64,000 nucleotides of DNA from Candidatus Buchananbacteria bacterium (GCA_041665005.1 JBAYJR010000002.1:25120-89119); one strand, 5' to 3'. Shown: positions 18,390-28,777, counted from the stretch's first letter. Numbers and translations: made by a program. The notes: a model not told the origin generated them from the letters alone.

Positions 18390-19136
18390 ATGAAAGACTT
18401 AAAATTAATTAAAAATTTAGAAGTTAAGCTAGAAGCTAAAACTTTAGTTTTAACTGTCAAAAAAAGATGTACGGTAGAAATTATTAGTGCCAAATTTTTG
18501 GCTAAAAAAATTAAAGTAATTGTTCAAGCTGGCGCTAAACTAAATTTATTAATTTCTCGCACGCAACTTAAGCCAGAAAACTGGAAATTTGTTTTACAAG
18601 AGCAAAGCCAGTTGGCCCAGGTAATCTATTTAAAAAATCAATCGGCTTTACAGTTTAGTCAGCAGTTTAGTTTAGTTGGTCGCCAGGCTAGCCAACAAAC
18701 CTTGTTAGCCGGTCAGTTTAAAGCTGGTCAGACCAAGATTGATTTAGCAGTCAAGCAGTTGGCGCGGCAAACCAGTAGTCAAATTATTATTAAGGCTTTA
18801 GCCGAAAGTAACGGACAAACGCAAATTACCGTAGATAATTTAATTACTAAAGTGGCCACGGAATCTTTAGCAAATATTACCCAGCAGTCGTTAATTTTAT
18901 CGCCTCAAGCACAAGTTATTATTAGGCCCAATTTAGTAATTAATAATAATGAGGTTTTAGCCAGTCACGCCGCGACTTTGGGTGATTTAGATAATCAAGC
19001 TTTAATTTATCTGCAGGAACGCGGTTTGACTTATATGCAGGCTAAAGAATTACTGGTGCAATCATTTTTTCGGCCATTGCTTCACCAGCTAAATTCGGCT
19101 ACAATTAAATCAGCTTTTTGCAAACTAATTTCCTAA
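18390..19136 (+). CDS. sufD: SufD-like protein
   Basis: P.L.I.N.EV.ASHAATLG, YLQERGL; operon position. Confidence 0.85.
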   Translation: MKDLKLIKNLEVKLEAKTLVLTVKKRCTVEIISAKFLAKKIKVIVQAGAKLNLLISRTQLKPENWKFVLQEQSQLAQVIYLKNQSALQFSQQFSLVGRQASQQTLLAGQFKAGQTKIDLAVKQLARQTSSQIIIKALAESNGQTQITVDNLITKVATESLANITQQSLILSPQAQVIIRPNLVINNNEVLASHAATLGDLDNQALIYLQERGLTYMQAKELLVQSFFRPLLHQLNSATIKSAFCKLIS

Positions 19137-19137
19137 A

Positions 19138-20358
19138 ATGAGTAAGCAAAATTATAAAAAAGATTTTCCTATTTTTAAAACTTATCCCAAGCTAGTTTAC
19201 TTAGATTCGGCCGCGACCAGTCAAAAGCCGGCGGTGGTGATTCAGGCGGAAATTGATTGGTATCAGAAATATAACGCCAACGTGCATCGTGGAGCCTATG
19301 CTTTAGCCGAAAGTGCTACCAAGCAATATGAACAGTCGCGACAAATAGTGGCAGATTTTTTGCAAGCTAAATCAGCGGAAATTGTGTTTACCAAAGGAGC
19401 CACTGAAGCTATAAATTTGGCAGCCAGTGCCTGGGGCTTAAAAAATTTAAAACGCGGGGACGTAATTTTATTAACCGAGATGGAGCATCATGCCAATTTA
19501 GTGCCTTGGCAGGTAGTAGCTAAAATTACCGGAGCTAAATTGCGATTTTGGCCGATCAATAAACAAGGAGAATTAATTTGGCGAGATTTAAATAAACTAT
19601 TTAAAAATGTTAAATTAGTAGGAGTGTCGCATATTTCTAATGTTTTGGGGACGATCAATCCTATTGCCAAAATTACTAAGTTAGCGCATAAGCATCGGGC
19701 TAAAGTTTTGGTAGACGCCGCGCAAAGCGCCGGTCACTTACCATTGTCAGTAAAAAAATTACAACCCGATTGGTTGGTTTTGGCTGGGCATAAAATGTTG
19801 GGGCCAACCGGAATTGGGGTATTATATACCAAAGCGGAACGCTATCCAGAAATGGCTGTTTATCAAACCGGCGGTAGTATGATTAGCGAAGTAAAATATT
19901 TTCAAACTAAATTTGCAAAACCGCCAACTAAATTTGAAGCGGGGACCCCGCCGTTAGCTCAAGCCTATGGCTTGGCGGTAGCCATTAAATATTTACAAAA
20001 AATTGGTTTAACAAAAATTGAACAACACCATCAAGAATTGACTAAATGTGCCTATAAACAGTTATTAAAAATTCCCGCCATTAAAATTTATGGTCCAAAT
20101 TTTACCAAGCGGGGAGCAGTGATCGCTTTTGGGGTGGCCGGTCTTCATCCTCATGATTTAGCTACTTGGTTAGATGGTTATCAGGTCGCCATTCGGGCGG
20201 GGCATCATTGTGCTCAGCCTTTGCACGATCAGTTGGGCGTTGTTGCCTCGGCTAGAATTAGTTTTCACTTATACAATACCAAAAGTGACGTGGTTAAATT
20301 TATTCAAGCTTTAAAAATAATTATCAAAAAATGGCAGAGCTCTATCAGCAAAAAATAA
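19138..20358 (+). CDS. sufS: cysteine desulfurase SufS
   Basis: YLDSAATSQKP, EHHAN, DAAQS, GHKMLGPTG, RAGHHCA. Confidence 0.96.
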   Translation: MSKQNYKKDFPIFKTYPKLVYLDSAATSQKPAVVIQAEIDWYQKYNANVHRGAYALAESATKQYEQSRQIVADFLQAKSAEIVFTKGATEAINLAASAWGLKNLKRGDVILLTEMEHHANLVPWQVVAKITGAKLRFWPINKQGELIWRDLNKLFKNVKLVGVSHISNVLGTINPIAKITKLAHKHRAKVLVDAAQSAGHLPLSVKKLQPDWLVLAGHKMLGPTGIGVLYTKAERYPEMAVYQTGGSMISEVKYFQTKFAKPPTKFEAGTPPLAQAYGLAVAIKYLQKIGLTKIEQHHQELTKCAYKQLLKIPAIKIYGPNFTKRGAVIAFGVAGLHPHDLATWLDGYQVAIRAGHHCAQPLHDQLGVVASARISFHLYNTKSDVVKFIQALKIIIKKWQSSISKK

Positions 20359-20693
20359 TGCGCCACTATCAACAGCCGCAAAATCGTGGTAAACTGAAAG
20401 CGGCGGATTTAGTCTTGTTGGGAAACAACCCATTTTGTGGTGATCAGGTAGAAATTTATTTAAAATTAGACTCAGCCAAAAAGATTAAAGAAGTGGGTTG
20501 GCTGGGGGCCGGTTGTGTAATTTCTCAGGCCTCGATGTCATTGTTTTCTCAAGTATTAAAAGGTAAAACTTTAGCGCAGGCCAAAAAGATTAAGTCGGAA
20601 AAGATTATTAAAGAATTGGGCATCAAACTTTCGCCGACACGGTTAAAATGCGCGCTATTGCCACTGTATGCGATTAAAGAGCAGGGGAATTAA
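20331..20693 (+). CDS. sufU: SufU/NifU-like scaffold
   Basis: NPFCGD, GCVISQAS, RLKCALL. Confidence 0.92.
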   Translation: MAELYQQKIMRHYQQPQNRGKLKAADLVLLGNNPFCGDQVEIYLKLDSAKKIKEVGWLGAGCVISQASMSLFSQVLKGKTLAQAKKIKSEKIIKELGIKLSPTRLKCALLPLYAIKEQGN

Positions 20694-20713
20694 AATTAAA
20701 TTTATTAGACCAT

Positions 20714-21061
20714 ATGATTTCTGAAGACACTACTAATCCAGATTTAGGTTCGCCGATTTTAAGTTTTGAGGAGTTTTCTTTGCGCGGTCCGGATAATCGC
20801 CCGCGTTATGAAAATTTCTTTTTGTTTTTTGCCAAGGCTGATCCAGAAGCTTATGATGGCTATCATGACAAGCTTTGCTATAAAAAATTTATCGCAGAGA
20901 ACCCTGAATTAAATCAAATTTTGAATAATAAAGTTCAAGCGGTAATTGATAGCAAGATTTTGTCACGTTCTAAATCTTTTAAGGAATTTGATGACCAGCT
21001 TTATGAGGCTTATAAAATTATGCGTGGTTATGGGGTTAGTGACGAGGAATTATTTGGTTAG
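20714..21061 (+). CDS. hypothetical protein
   Basis: open 115-aa ORF with plausible composition. Confidence 0.6.
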   Translation: MISEDTTNPDLGSPILSFEEFSLRGPDNRPRYENFFLFFAKADPEAYDGYHDKLCYKKFIAENPELNQILNNKVQAVIDSKILSRSKSFKEFDDQLYEAYKIMRGYGVSDEELFG

Positions 21062-21220
21062 TTTGGGATAAAAATTTATAATTCAAACATGGCCGATACT
21101 GTTTATTTTTACGTAGACAGCCATGGGCGGATAAGTTATAATTAGGTTTTAATACTTTGTATATAAACGAGTTAGCTGAAATTAAGAATAGGCAAAAAAA
21201 GATAAAATAAATTCTTACAT

Positions 21221-22024
21221 ATGGGCAACCATAAAATCAGCATAACTGCAGAATTTGCATCTTTGATTAAATCAAGAACGGATGAAAAATATAATTATTT
21301 CGTTTCTAATAAAACGAGGAAATTATACAAGCTAATTTCTAATGTTTTTTCAAAAAATGCGATAGATAAGATTTTTCATGATAGACTGACTCTTTCGAAT
21401 GAATTTGGCACATTCATAGAAAAAAACAATTTTGAGACTATCGTTGAATTTGGTGCCGGTTATTCATTAAGGGGATTTGTATATTCCTTACAAAATAAGG
21501 ATGTAATTTATATTGATACGGATTTTGTTGGGGTGATAGAAAATAAAAAACAAATATTATTTGATATCTGTAAGGATGCTAATATTATTTACCCTGATAA
21601 TTATAGATTATTATCTGTGGATGTTTTAAATGATGATCTGGCTGAAAAATTGAATTCATATCTGAAAAATAGGAATTTATTTTTAGCTGAGGGTTTAACG
21701 TCGTATTTCAATTTTAAGGAATATTCAAAATTCTTGGACCGAATACGTCCATTTTTGAAACAATTTCAAAATGTATTTTTTTCTCAAGAGAATTTTTTAA
21801 AAAAACATTCTCTAGTTTATATGATTTTAAGGAAATTGGTTGTTGTTATGACTAGAAATAAATCATACATTAAATTTAAAACAAAAGACGATTTAACCAA
21901 ATTCCTAACAATAAAGGATTTAGCGATTGTCATGCATATTTCAAAGATGAGCATTTATTTTATAGAATCAATTAAATTATTTTGCCCATTTTTAACATCA
22001 TTTAATAACGTATATTTGTTTTAG
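21221..22024 (+). CDS. class I SAM methyltransferase (leucine carboxyl methyltransferase-like)
   Basis: TA..R, VEFGAGYS.RG, YIDTD, D, AEGL.SY. Confidence 0.75.
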   Translation: MGNHKISITAEFASLIKSRTDEKYNYFVSNKTRKLYKLISNVFSKNAIDKIFHDRLTLSNEFGTFIEKNNFETIVEFGAGYSLRGFVYSLQNKDVIYIDTDFVGVIENKKQILFDICKDANIIYPDNYRLLSVDVLNDDLAEKLNSYLKNRNLFLAEGLTSYFNFKEYSKFLDRIRPFLKQFQNVFFSQENFLKKHSLVYMILRKLVVVMTRNKSYIKFKTKDDLTKFLTIKDLAIVMHISKMSIYFIESIKLFCPFLTSFNNVYLF

Positions 22025-22054
22025 GCTTTCCACAAAAGCTCCATTTATAATTCT

Positions 22055-22591
22055 ATGAACTACAAACATACTCAAATTGGTTACCTAATGCTGGTTGTTA
22101 CGCTGGCCGTGCTAGCGTTTTTCACTTGGCTGTATATTACGAGCGCGGTCGAGCCTCCCTCGGTTGACTCCGGCAATAATCTTGCTGTTACTACTGTCAT
22201 GGCCTTAATTTTATTTATTCTGGCTTCCTTCTGGTCACTTCAAATAATGATTGATGAAAAGTATTTACGAATTAAATTTGGCTACGGTCTTTATCAAAAA
22301 AAGTTTTTGCTTAATGACGTAATATCCGCTAAAATAGTAAAGAATCACTGGTACTACGGCTGGGGAGTAAAAGTCTGGTTTTGGCCTTATATGTGGATTT
22401 ACAATATTTCCGGTTTTGACGCGGTTGAAATAAAATTGAAGAATGGCCAAACGTACCGGATAGGCACGGATGAACCCAAGAAATTAGAACAAGCGATTCT
22501 GCAGTCAATCCGCAGAACTTCGGATACGGTTATATCCACAGGAGCCAAAGATGCACTAAATAAAATCATGGAGCAAAAAATTAAATACTAA
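22055..22591 (+). CDS. membrane protein with two TM helices and a PH-like soluble domain
   Basis: Y.HTQ.G, two TM helices, YGWG, G..AVEI.L.NG....IGTDEP. Confidence 0.7.
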   Translation: MNYKHTQIGYLMLVVTLAVLAFFTWLYITSAVEPPSVDSGNNLAVTTVMALILFILASFWSLQIMIDEKYLRIKFGYGLYQKKFLLNDVISAKIVKNHWYYGWGVKVWFWPYMWIYNISGFDAVEIKLKNGQTYRIGTDEPKKLEQAILQSIRRTSDTVISTGAKDALNKIMEQKIKY

Positions 22592-22602
22592 TCTCATTTC
22601 TT

Positions 22603-22908
22603 ATGGAGTTTAATAAATTAGTCAGGGATAATATTCCAGAAATTATTGAAGGTAAAGGTGAAAAGGCTTTTACACACATTGCCGAAGAAAAAGAATATGG
22701 GGAAGCTTTAGAGCAGAAGTTATTGGAGGAAGCAAATGAATTTTTACAAAATCCTTCAGTTGAAGAGGCGGCGGATATTTTAGAAGTTTTGCAGGCAATT
22801 TGTGCTCTAAAGGGCATTGATCTAAGTAAGCTTGAAGAAGTCCGTCAGAAAAAAGCCAAGGAGCGGGGAGGTTTTAAGAATAGAATAATTTTAGATAGAA
22901 CAGAGTAA
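22603..22908 (+). CDS. MazG-like / phosphoribosyl-ATP pyrophosphohydrolase family protein
   Basis: NKLVRDNIP, KLLEE..E, EE.ADILEV, K..ERGGF. Confidence 0.88.
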   Translation: MEFNKLVRDNIPEIIEGKGEKAFTHIAEEKEYGEALEQKLLEEANEFLQNPSVEEAADILEVLQAICALKGIDLSKLEEVRQKKAKERGGFKNRIILDRTE

Positions 22909-22979
22909 CGTTGGGGCGGTTATCTTATAACATTGCAGAACACCGAGTATGACCACAAGAGTGAAAAAATTATTTTTTT

Positions 22980-23549
22980 ATGTCTAAACAATCAGCGGCC
23001 ATTGAAGCAATCACTAAATTTATTTTTTTAGAATCTTCCAAAATAAAAAAGGTAGATTTAATCTTTGTTTTTGGCAGTAGTTATTTAACAACTATGGATG
23101 AAGTAAAAAAGCTTTATAATAAAAAAGTGGCCAACAAAATACTTATTACCGGTCATAGCAAGGGTAAGTTAAAAGAAATTGAGGCCGACAGATTTTACAA
23201 CAAAGGCTTAGAACTGGGGATTGTCCCGGAAGTTTTTTTGCTGGAAAAAGAAGCCACTAACACCAAAGAAAATATTATTAATTCTCGGCCGTTGATTGAA
23301 CGGTCAATTGGTTTTAAAAATATTAAAAAGATAATGTTTGTTTGTAAGGCCTTTCATACCAGAAGAGTATTAATGACCGCCAAAAAGTTTTTTCCATCAA
23401 ATATCAAATACTATTTTTGCCCGGTTATTGATGAAAGAAACATCAAAAAAGAAAATTGGTGGCAAAACAAAGAGGCCAAAACCAGAGTACTTGAGGAATT
23501 GCGTCGTATTGCGGAATATACCTTAAAAGGTGATTTGTCGCTTGAATAA
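22980..23549 (+). CDS. YdcF/DUF218 family protein
   Basis: FVFG, ITG, EA, E..ATNTKEN, FHTRR. Confidence 0.88.
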   Translation: MSKQSAAIEAITKFIFLESSKIKKVDLIFVFGSSYLTTMDEVKKLYNKKVANKILITGHSKGKLKEIEADRFYNKGLELGIVPEVFLLEKEATNTKENIINSRPLIERSIGFKNIKKIMFVCKAFHTRRVLMTAKKFFPSNIKYYFCPVIDERNIKKENWWQNKEAKTRVLEELRRIAEYTLKGDLSLE

Positions 23550-23594
23550 AGGATAATTACAAGTACTAGCTTAAAATATTTTATAATTTTTAAA

Positions 23595-24032
23595 ATGTTA
23601 GTTAAAGAAATTAAATATAATTCTCAAGAATATCAAGCAGCTGTTAATTTGAGAAATAAGATATTGCGACTCCCTTTAGGTTTAGTACTTAAGGAAGAAG
23701 ACTTGCAGAGAGAAAAATCTGATTTTCATTTTGCTTTTTTTAAAGGCCAGGAAATAATTGGTACGTTAATACTTACTCCGCTAGATAATACTACTGTAAG
23801 AATGAGACAGGTGGCGGTGGCAAGCGATAATCAAGGTCAGGGGATTGGCTCTAAGTTAGTTGAATTTGCCGAAAAGTTTGCTATTGATCATAAATTTTTA
23901 AAAATTATTTTAAGCGCCAGGAGCACGGCTTTAAATTTTTATAAGAAAAATGGCTATCAAGTTTTAGGCGACGAGTATTTGGGTAAAAGTATAAAAATTC
24001 TACACTTTGAGATGTCAAAAGACATTGCTTAA
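23595..24032 (+). CDS. GNAT N-acetyltransferase
   Basis: RQVAV...QGQGIG, A..FY.KNGY. Confidence 0.9.
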   Translation: MLVKEIKYNSQEYQAAVNLRNKILRLPLGLVLKEEDLQREKSDFHFAFFKGQEIIGTLILTPLDNTTVRMRQVAVASDNQGQGIGSKLVEFAEKFAIDHKFLKIILSARSTALNFYKKNGYQVLGDEYLGKSIKILHFEMSKDIA

Positions 24033-24178
24033 TTCAAAGCCCAACTATGAACTTAGCATAATTTAAAAAAATTAATACGCAAATGATTTATAGTCAAAAC
24101 GTCCAAAGCAGGACGGTTTTTGTTTTACCAAAAAAGAGGTATAATAAAAGCAGTTTGATAAATAATTAATCCAACTTT

Positions 24179-25180
24179 ATGGAAAAAAAGGACTATTTTA
24201 AATTGTTTATTGCCTTGCTAATTCCCCAAGTAGCCGGCTGGATTGGTGCAATTTTTACCACGCCGGCAATTACGGGCTGGTATACTGGCTTAAATCGTCC
24301 AGTCTTAGCCCCACCCAATTGGCTCTTTGGTCCCGTTTGGACTATTTTATTTATTTTAATGGGCCTCGCTGTTTACTTAATTTGGCAAAAAGACCATCAA
24401 AGCCAAACAGCTAAAATTGCTTTAAGTGTTTTTGCTTTACAATTAGTTTTGAACACTCTTTGGTCAATTATATTTTTTGGCCTGCATAACCCGGCGGTGG
24501 CGCTAGTAGAAATTGCTTTTTTGTGGTTGGCTATTTTGGTTACGATTATTTATTTTGCCAAAATTTCTAAATCCGCCGCTTGGCTGTTGGTGCCGTATAT
24601 TTTGTGGGTTAGTTTCGCCAGTTATTTAAATTATTCTTTTGTGGTTTTAAATGGCGCAAATTCGGCGGTAGTAATTAATAATAATTCATCAGCCGCTGTT
24701 GAAACCGTCGGTTTAGCTAATCCCGCCAGTGTCAATTGTCAAAAAGTTGGTGGTAATTTAATGATTCAAACTAAGCCCGACGGCGGCCAATATGGGTTAT
24801 GTTATTTTGATGATGCGCGCGCCTGCGAAGAGTGGGCTTTACTGCGCGGTGATTGTACGCCGGGCGGAGCTAAGACTACTGGTTATGATACAGAAGAACA
24901 AAAATATTGTGCTTGGCAGGGCGGACACACTAGCACTAATCCCGGTGCGGTCTGCACCTTTGGGGATGGCTCAACTTGTGTCTTGGCTAAATTATATAAT
25001 GGCGAATGCCGAAAGGGACAAAATGTTAAGGCAAAATATTCTGTAGAAAAAGTTTTGACTGAAACCTGCGATCAAGATTATGAGTGTCAAACTCCAGGAG
25101 AATACTTAGTGCGGTCCAGCTGTCCTTTCACCACTAAATGTCTTGATAAAAAATGCACCGTAATTTGTCCTAAGTTTTAA
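24179..25180 (+). CDS. TspO/MBR membrane protein fused to Cys-rich DUF333-like domains
   Basis: WY..L..P...PP...FGPVW, PYILWVSFA; ANPASVNC...GG...CEEW. Confidence 0.85.
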   Translation: MEKKDYFKLFIALLIPQVAGWIGAIFTTPAITGWYTGLNRPVLAPPNWLFGPVWTILFILMGLAVYLIWQKDHQSQTAKIALSVFALQLVLNTLWSIIFFGLHNPAVALVEIAFLWLAILVTIIYFAKISKSAAWLLVPYILWVSFASYLNYSFVVLNGANSAVVINNNSSAAVETVGLANPASVNCQKVGGNLMIQTKPDGGQYGLCYFDDARACEEWALLRGDCTPGGAKTTGYDTEEQKYCAWQGGHTSTNPGAVCTFGDGSTCVLAKLYNGECRKGQNVKAKYSVEKVLTETCDQDYECQTPGEYLVRSSCPFTTKCLDKKCTVICPKF

Positions 25181-25192
25181 GTTGGTTTATTT

Positions 25193-26506
25193 ATGAAAAA
25201 GTTATTACTTGGTTTGCTGAGCTTGATTTTTTTAATCGTGGTGATCGTGGCGGTGATGCTTGTTTTTAAGCTTTGTCCACCGGCCGGTCCTTGGCCAACC
25301 CCGCCGTGGTGTCGTGGCGATTTTGTGGTTGATCAATATCAAGTTAAGGTTTCACCAACCAAATTATCACCAATCAAAGCTGTTAACATGTATGATACTT
25401 GGGGGCGAAATTATAATCAAAGTATGTTTGAAACCACCCAGGCGAATATTGATCGTTCATTTGATCGCGTTAAAGCTTTGGGCGCCCAAGAAGTTTATGT
25501 TCACGATTTTGATCGAGCAATTTATGATGATAAGTATGATCCTTTAAGTATTAATTATAAATTGGTTGATGAAACTTTTTGGAATGATTTTCGAGATCAA
25601 TCGATTAGTCAGGCGGAATTAGTTAAGTTGGTACAAAGTGCACACCAACGTGGTTTAAAATTAGGAATTAAACGAAATTTGGCTTTTGTAAATATTGGTA
25701 AATATCTTTGGTCGGGGCTGTCGGGAAAAATTTCTAGCGAAGTGCAAAAAGATTACGAAGCTTTTAATAGTTCACATAGCGAAGCCTGGATTAAGGATTT
25801 TTTTCAGAAATGGCAGGAGCGTTTAGTGGCTAAGGGTAAAATGTATCAGGCGGCGGGCGTGGATAGTATGACTATTTCGCCAATGTTTCAAGATCCCACT
25901 TTTGCCGGTCAGGAAGATTTGGCTAATGGGTTATGGAAAAATTTGATTACGGAATTACGCAAAAGTTTTACGGGGCAAATTATGGTTGATTTAAATGTTT
26001 ATGGGTTTATTGATGGTAACAATGGCGCCGAAAATTGGCAAAAATATGACTATTACAAACAAGCGGATATTGTGGAAGTAAGAATTTATAAGATTTTAGA
26101 AAAATATCAGACTAAATTTGGTTTTGACCAAAGCAAAATGCAAACTGAGATTTCAGCGATGGTTGCCGAGTTAGATGCTAAAGCTAGGGCGGCAGGGATT
26201 AGGCTTTCGGTATTTTATGCGCCGTCTAGTTATCAAAATTCTATTTTTGCTGGGCCAGTAGAATACTTGGACGTTAAAAACCCGGCCATTAAAAATTTAA
26301 TCAAGGACTATGATGAACAGGCACGAGCCTTTGATTATTTTTTTGTCGCAGTTAATGGTAAGCAAAATATTGTTAGACTTAATGCCGGAAATTTTGCCTG
26401 GGATGACGCTTTGGATCCGGCCGTAATGGCCAGAGTATCAATTTCTGCCAGTTTTCGTAATAAACCGGCGGAGCAGGTAGTAAAAGCCTGGTTTAGTAAA
26501 GAATAG
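25193..26506 (+). CDS. membrane-anchored glycoside-hydrolase-like TIM-barrel protein (GH113-like)
   Basis: N-terminal TM, AHQRGLK, W..LI..LR..F.G, C-terminal ..KPAEQVVK.WF. Confidence 0.6.
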   Translation: MKKLLLGLLSLIFLIVVIVAVMLVFKLCPPAGPWPTPPWCRGDFVVDQYQVKVSPTKLSPIKAVNMYDTWGRNYNQSMFETTQANIDRSFDRVKALGAQEVYVHDFDRAIYDDKYDPLSINYKLVDETFWNDFRDQSISQAELVKLVQSAHQRGLKLGIKRNLAFVNIGKYLWSGLSGKISSEVQKDYEAFNSSHSEAWIKDFFQKWQERLVAKGKMYQAAGVDSMTISPMFQDPTFAGQEDLANGLWKNLITELRKSFTGQIMVDLNVYGFIDGNNGAENWQKYDYYKQADIVEVRIYKILEKYQTKFGFDQSKMQTEISAMVAELDAKARAAGIRLSVFYAPSSYQNSIFAGPVEYLDVKNPAIKNLIKDYDEQARAFDYFFVAVNGKQNIVRLNAGNFAWDDALDPAVMARVSISASFRNKPAEQVVKAWFSKE

Positions 26507-26574
26507 TCGGTTTTTGATATTAACGATAATTTTAACTTTATACTTTAAACTTTTAACTTTAAACTCACAATTTT

Positions 26575-27165
26575 ATGCCCCATACCTTAGCTCCCTTGCC
26601 TTACTCCTACGAAGCATTAGAGTCGTTTATTGATCAAGAGACCATGAAAATTCATCACGATAAGCATCACCAGACTTATTGTGATAAATTTAATACGGCT
26701 TTGGCTAAATATCCGCAATATGCAGAAATGGAGCCAGTGGAGTTATTAACCAAATTAGAATCTTTAACTGATATTGAAGCCAAAGATAAAACGGCTATTA
26801 AAAATCATGGCGGGGGATTTGTTAATCATAGTTTGTTTTGGCAGATGATGGATCCGAAAAATACTAAGGATGAGAAATTAATCGCAGAAATTATTACCGC
26901 CTTTGGTTCAGTAGATGAATTTAAAAAGAAATTTAGTGAAATAGCCGTTAATCATTTCGCTTCAGGCTGGGCCTGGTTGGTACGCGATCAAGAAGGGAAA
27001 CTGCAAATTTATTCTTTACCTAATCAAGACACCCCGTACGCCAAAGGCCACACGCCAATTTTGACTTTAGATCTTTGGGAACATGCCTATTATTTAAAAT
27101 ATCAAAATAAGCGCGCGGACTATATTGCTAATTGGTGGCAAGTGATAAAATTAATCCAAGGTTAG
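26575..27165 (+). CDS. sod: Fe/Mn superoxide dismutase
   Basis: HHDKHH, NHS.FW, SGWAW, DLWEHAYY. Confidence 0.96.
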   Translation: MPHTLAPLPYSYEALESFIDQETMKIHHDKHHQTYCDKFNTALAKYPQYAEMEPVELLTKLESLTDIEAKDKTAIKNHGGGFVNHSLFWQMMDPKNTKDEKLIAEIITAFGSVDEFKKKFSEIAVNHFASGWAWLVRDQEGKLQIYSLPNQDTPYAKGHTPILTLDLWEHAYYLKYQNKRADYIANWWQVIKLIQG

Positions 27166-27194
27166 TTAATTAAATATTTAACAAAAATAAATTT

Positions 27195-27920
27195 ATGGAA
27201 AAACTTTATTTAAAAAATTTGGTTGCGGCGGGCGTGCTGGGAGTAGCGTTAATTATCTCCACCATTTACGCCTCGCAAACTTTTTATCAGGTTAAGTCAT
27301 TAGATAACGCTTTGTCGGTTACCGGTTCAGCTAAGCAACAAATTACCTCAGACAGCGTTAAATGGATTAGCAGTTTTACCCGCACGGTGGCCATTGATCA
27401 ATTAAAAGGCGGTTATGACCAAATGAGAAGCGATCAGGCTTTAGTAACTAAGTTTTATAAAGACAACGGTTTTGCAGAAAGCGATTTATTAATTTCGCCG
27501 GTAACTTTAGAGCAACCTTTTAAATATGATGCTAATGCACCCAAACAATATCAGCTAACGCAAACCGTGCAATTACAATCTACAGACCTTAAAAAAGTTA
27601 CCGAATTGGCAAAAAATACTAAGAGTTTGATTGATGCCGGAGTAATTTTTGCTAATCAATCCCTAGAATATTATTACAGTAAGTTGCCTGAGTTGCGCAT
27701 TTCTATGTTATCGCAGGCGATTGCGGACGCTAAAACCCGGGCGGAAAAATTAGCCGAAAGTAGCGGTAAAAAAGTTGGCACCTTAAAATCAGCCAGTATG
27801 GGTGTAGTGCAGGTGACGCCGGTCAATTCGGTAGATGTGGCTGATTACGGTTCGTATGATACCTCTACCATTGATAAAGAAGTAATGGTAACAGTTAAAG
27901 CGCTCTTTACTTTAAAGTAA
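27195..27920 (+). CDS. SIMPL domain (DUF541) protein
   Basis: N-terminal TM, SVTGSA, AI.DAK.RA..LA. Confidence 0.85.
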   Translation: MEKLYLKNLVAAGVLGVALIISTIYASQTFYQVKSLDNALSVTGSAKQQITSDSVKWISSFTRTVAIDQLKGGYDQMRSDQALVTKFYKDNGFAESDLLISPVTLEQPFKYDANAPKQYQLTQTVQLQSTDLKKVTELAKNTKSLIDAGVIFANQSLEYYYSKLPELRISMLSQAIADAKTRAEKLAESSGKKVGTLKSASMGVVQVTPVNSVDVADYGSYDTSTIDKEVMVTVKALFTLK

Positions 27921-28016
27921 GAATCAGCTTGATAATTAAGAGCCCCGCCAAGCGGGGTTCTTTTTTGTTAAATAAAAAAGATCGGAATTTAATTATTCCG
28001 ATCTTGGTTTCACTTT

Positions 28017-28439
28017 TCAGATGGTTGGCTCTAAAAAATTTTTTAAGCCAATACAGACAATTAACATAAACATTGATCCGCCGCCAGAAAAAAAACATAG
28101 GCGGGTCAGTGACCAAGTGATATTATTTGGCCACAATAAAAAAAGAATGAATACACAAAAGGTAGCAATGGCGTATAGTATCAAATAAGCTAGGTAATGC
28201 AATATCCACCAGGTTCTAATGGCCCAAGGATCAAAATTGGCTTGATCATTCGAAGGTTGATTGTAAGGACCAATCAGCCAAAGAAATATTAATGGCAGAA
28301 GTAAGCCACTGATACTAAATAAAAATGCCAATTCATTGGTACCAAACAGGACTGAAATCGCGGCACTTAACATCGCTATTAATGATGCAAGGTGTATAAA
28401 TATGTTTAGGTTTGCAAATGACCAGGTATATTCTTTCAT
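28017..28439 (-). CDS. orphan multi-TM membrane protein (SD-cassette class)
   Basis: AGGAGG, TTGACA-N17-TATATT, terminator AAGATCGG..CCGATCTT. Confidence 0.7.
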   Translation of the reverse strand: MKEYTWSFANLNIFIHLASLIAMLSAAISVLFGTNELAFLFSISGLLLPLIFLWLIGPYNQPSNDQANFDPWAIRTWWILHYLAYLILYAIATFCVFILFLLWPNNITWSLTRLCFFSGGGSMFMLIVCIGLKNFLEPTI

Positions 28440-28573
28440 AATACCCTCCTTTTTTTGTAATATAATTGAAAAATCTTAAACTGTCAAGGGTAAAAATTTG
28501 TTAAAATTTAAGGTAGTTTATTAGTTAATTAAAATAAAAAAAGATCGGCATTATTCCCGATCTTTTAAAAATT

Positions 28574-28777
28574 TTACTGTGTCCAAATGATATATAACCA
28601 TAGCAAGAAGATCATAAATAGCATAATTTGGAGTATGCTCAAAAGACAGAGCGCAGCCGCTGATATTGCTATATTCTGCCAGGTGGCAAATTTGTAGTAG
28701 ATCAGTGGCAGAAAACAAATTATTGCGCCAATGGCAGTATAAAGAATTTGGTAACCCTGATGCTTTATTTGTGTCAT
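28574..28777 (-). CDS. orphan small 2-TM protein (SD-cassette class)
   Basis: AGGAGG, TTGACA-N17-TAAATT, terminator AAGATCGG..CCGATCTT. Confidence 0.65.
   Translation of the reverse strand: MTQIKHQGYQILYTAIGAIICFLPLIYYKFATWQNIAISAAALCLLSILQIMLFMIFLLWLYIIWTQ

Noticed and set aside
22900-22980. Possible integron attC (TAAC...GTT)
   Set aside because: No extended imperfect palindrome, not repeated between neighbouring genes, and no integrase
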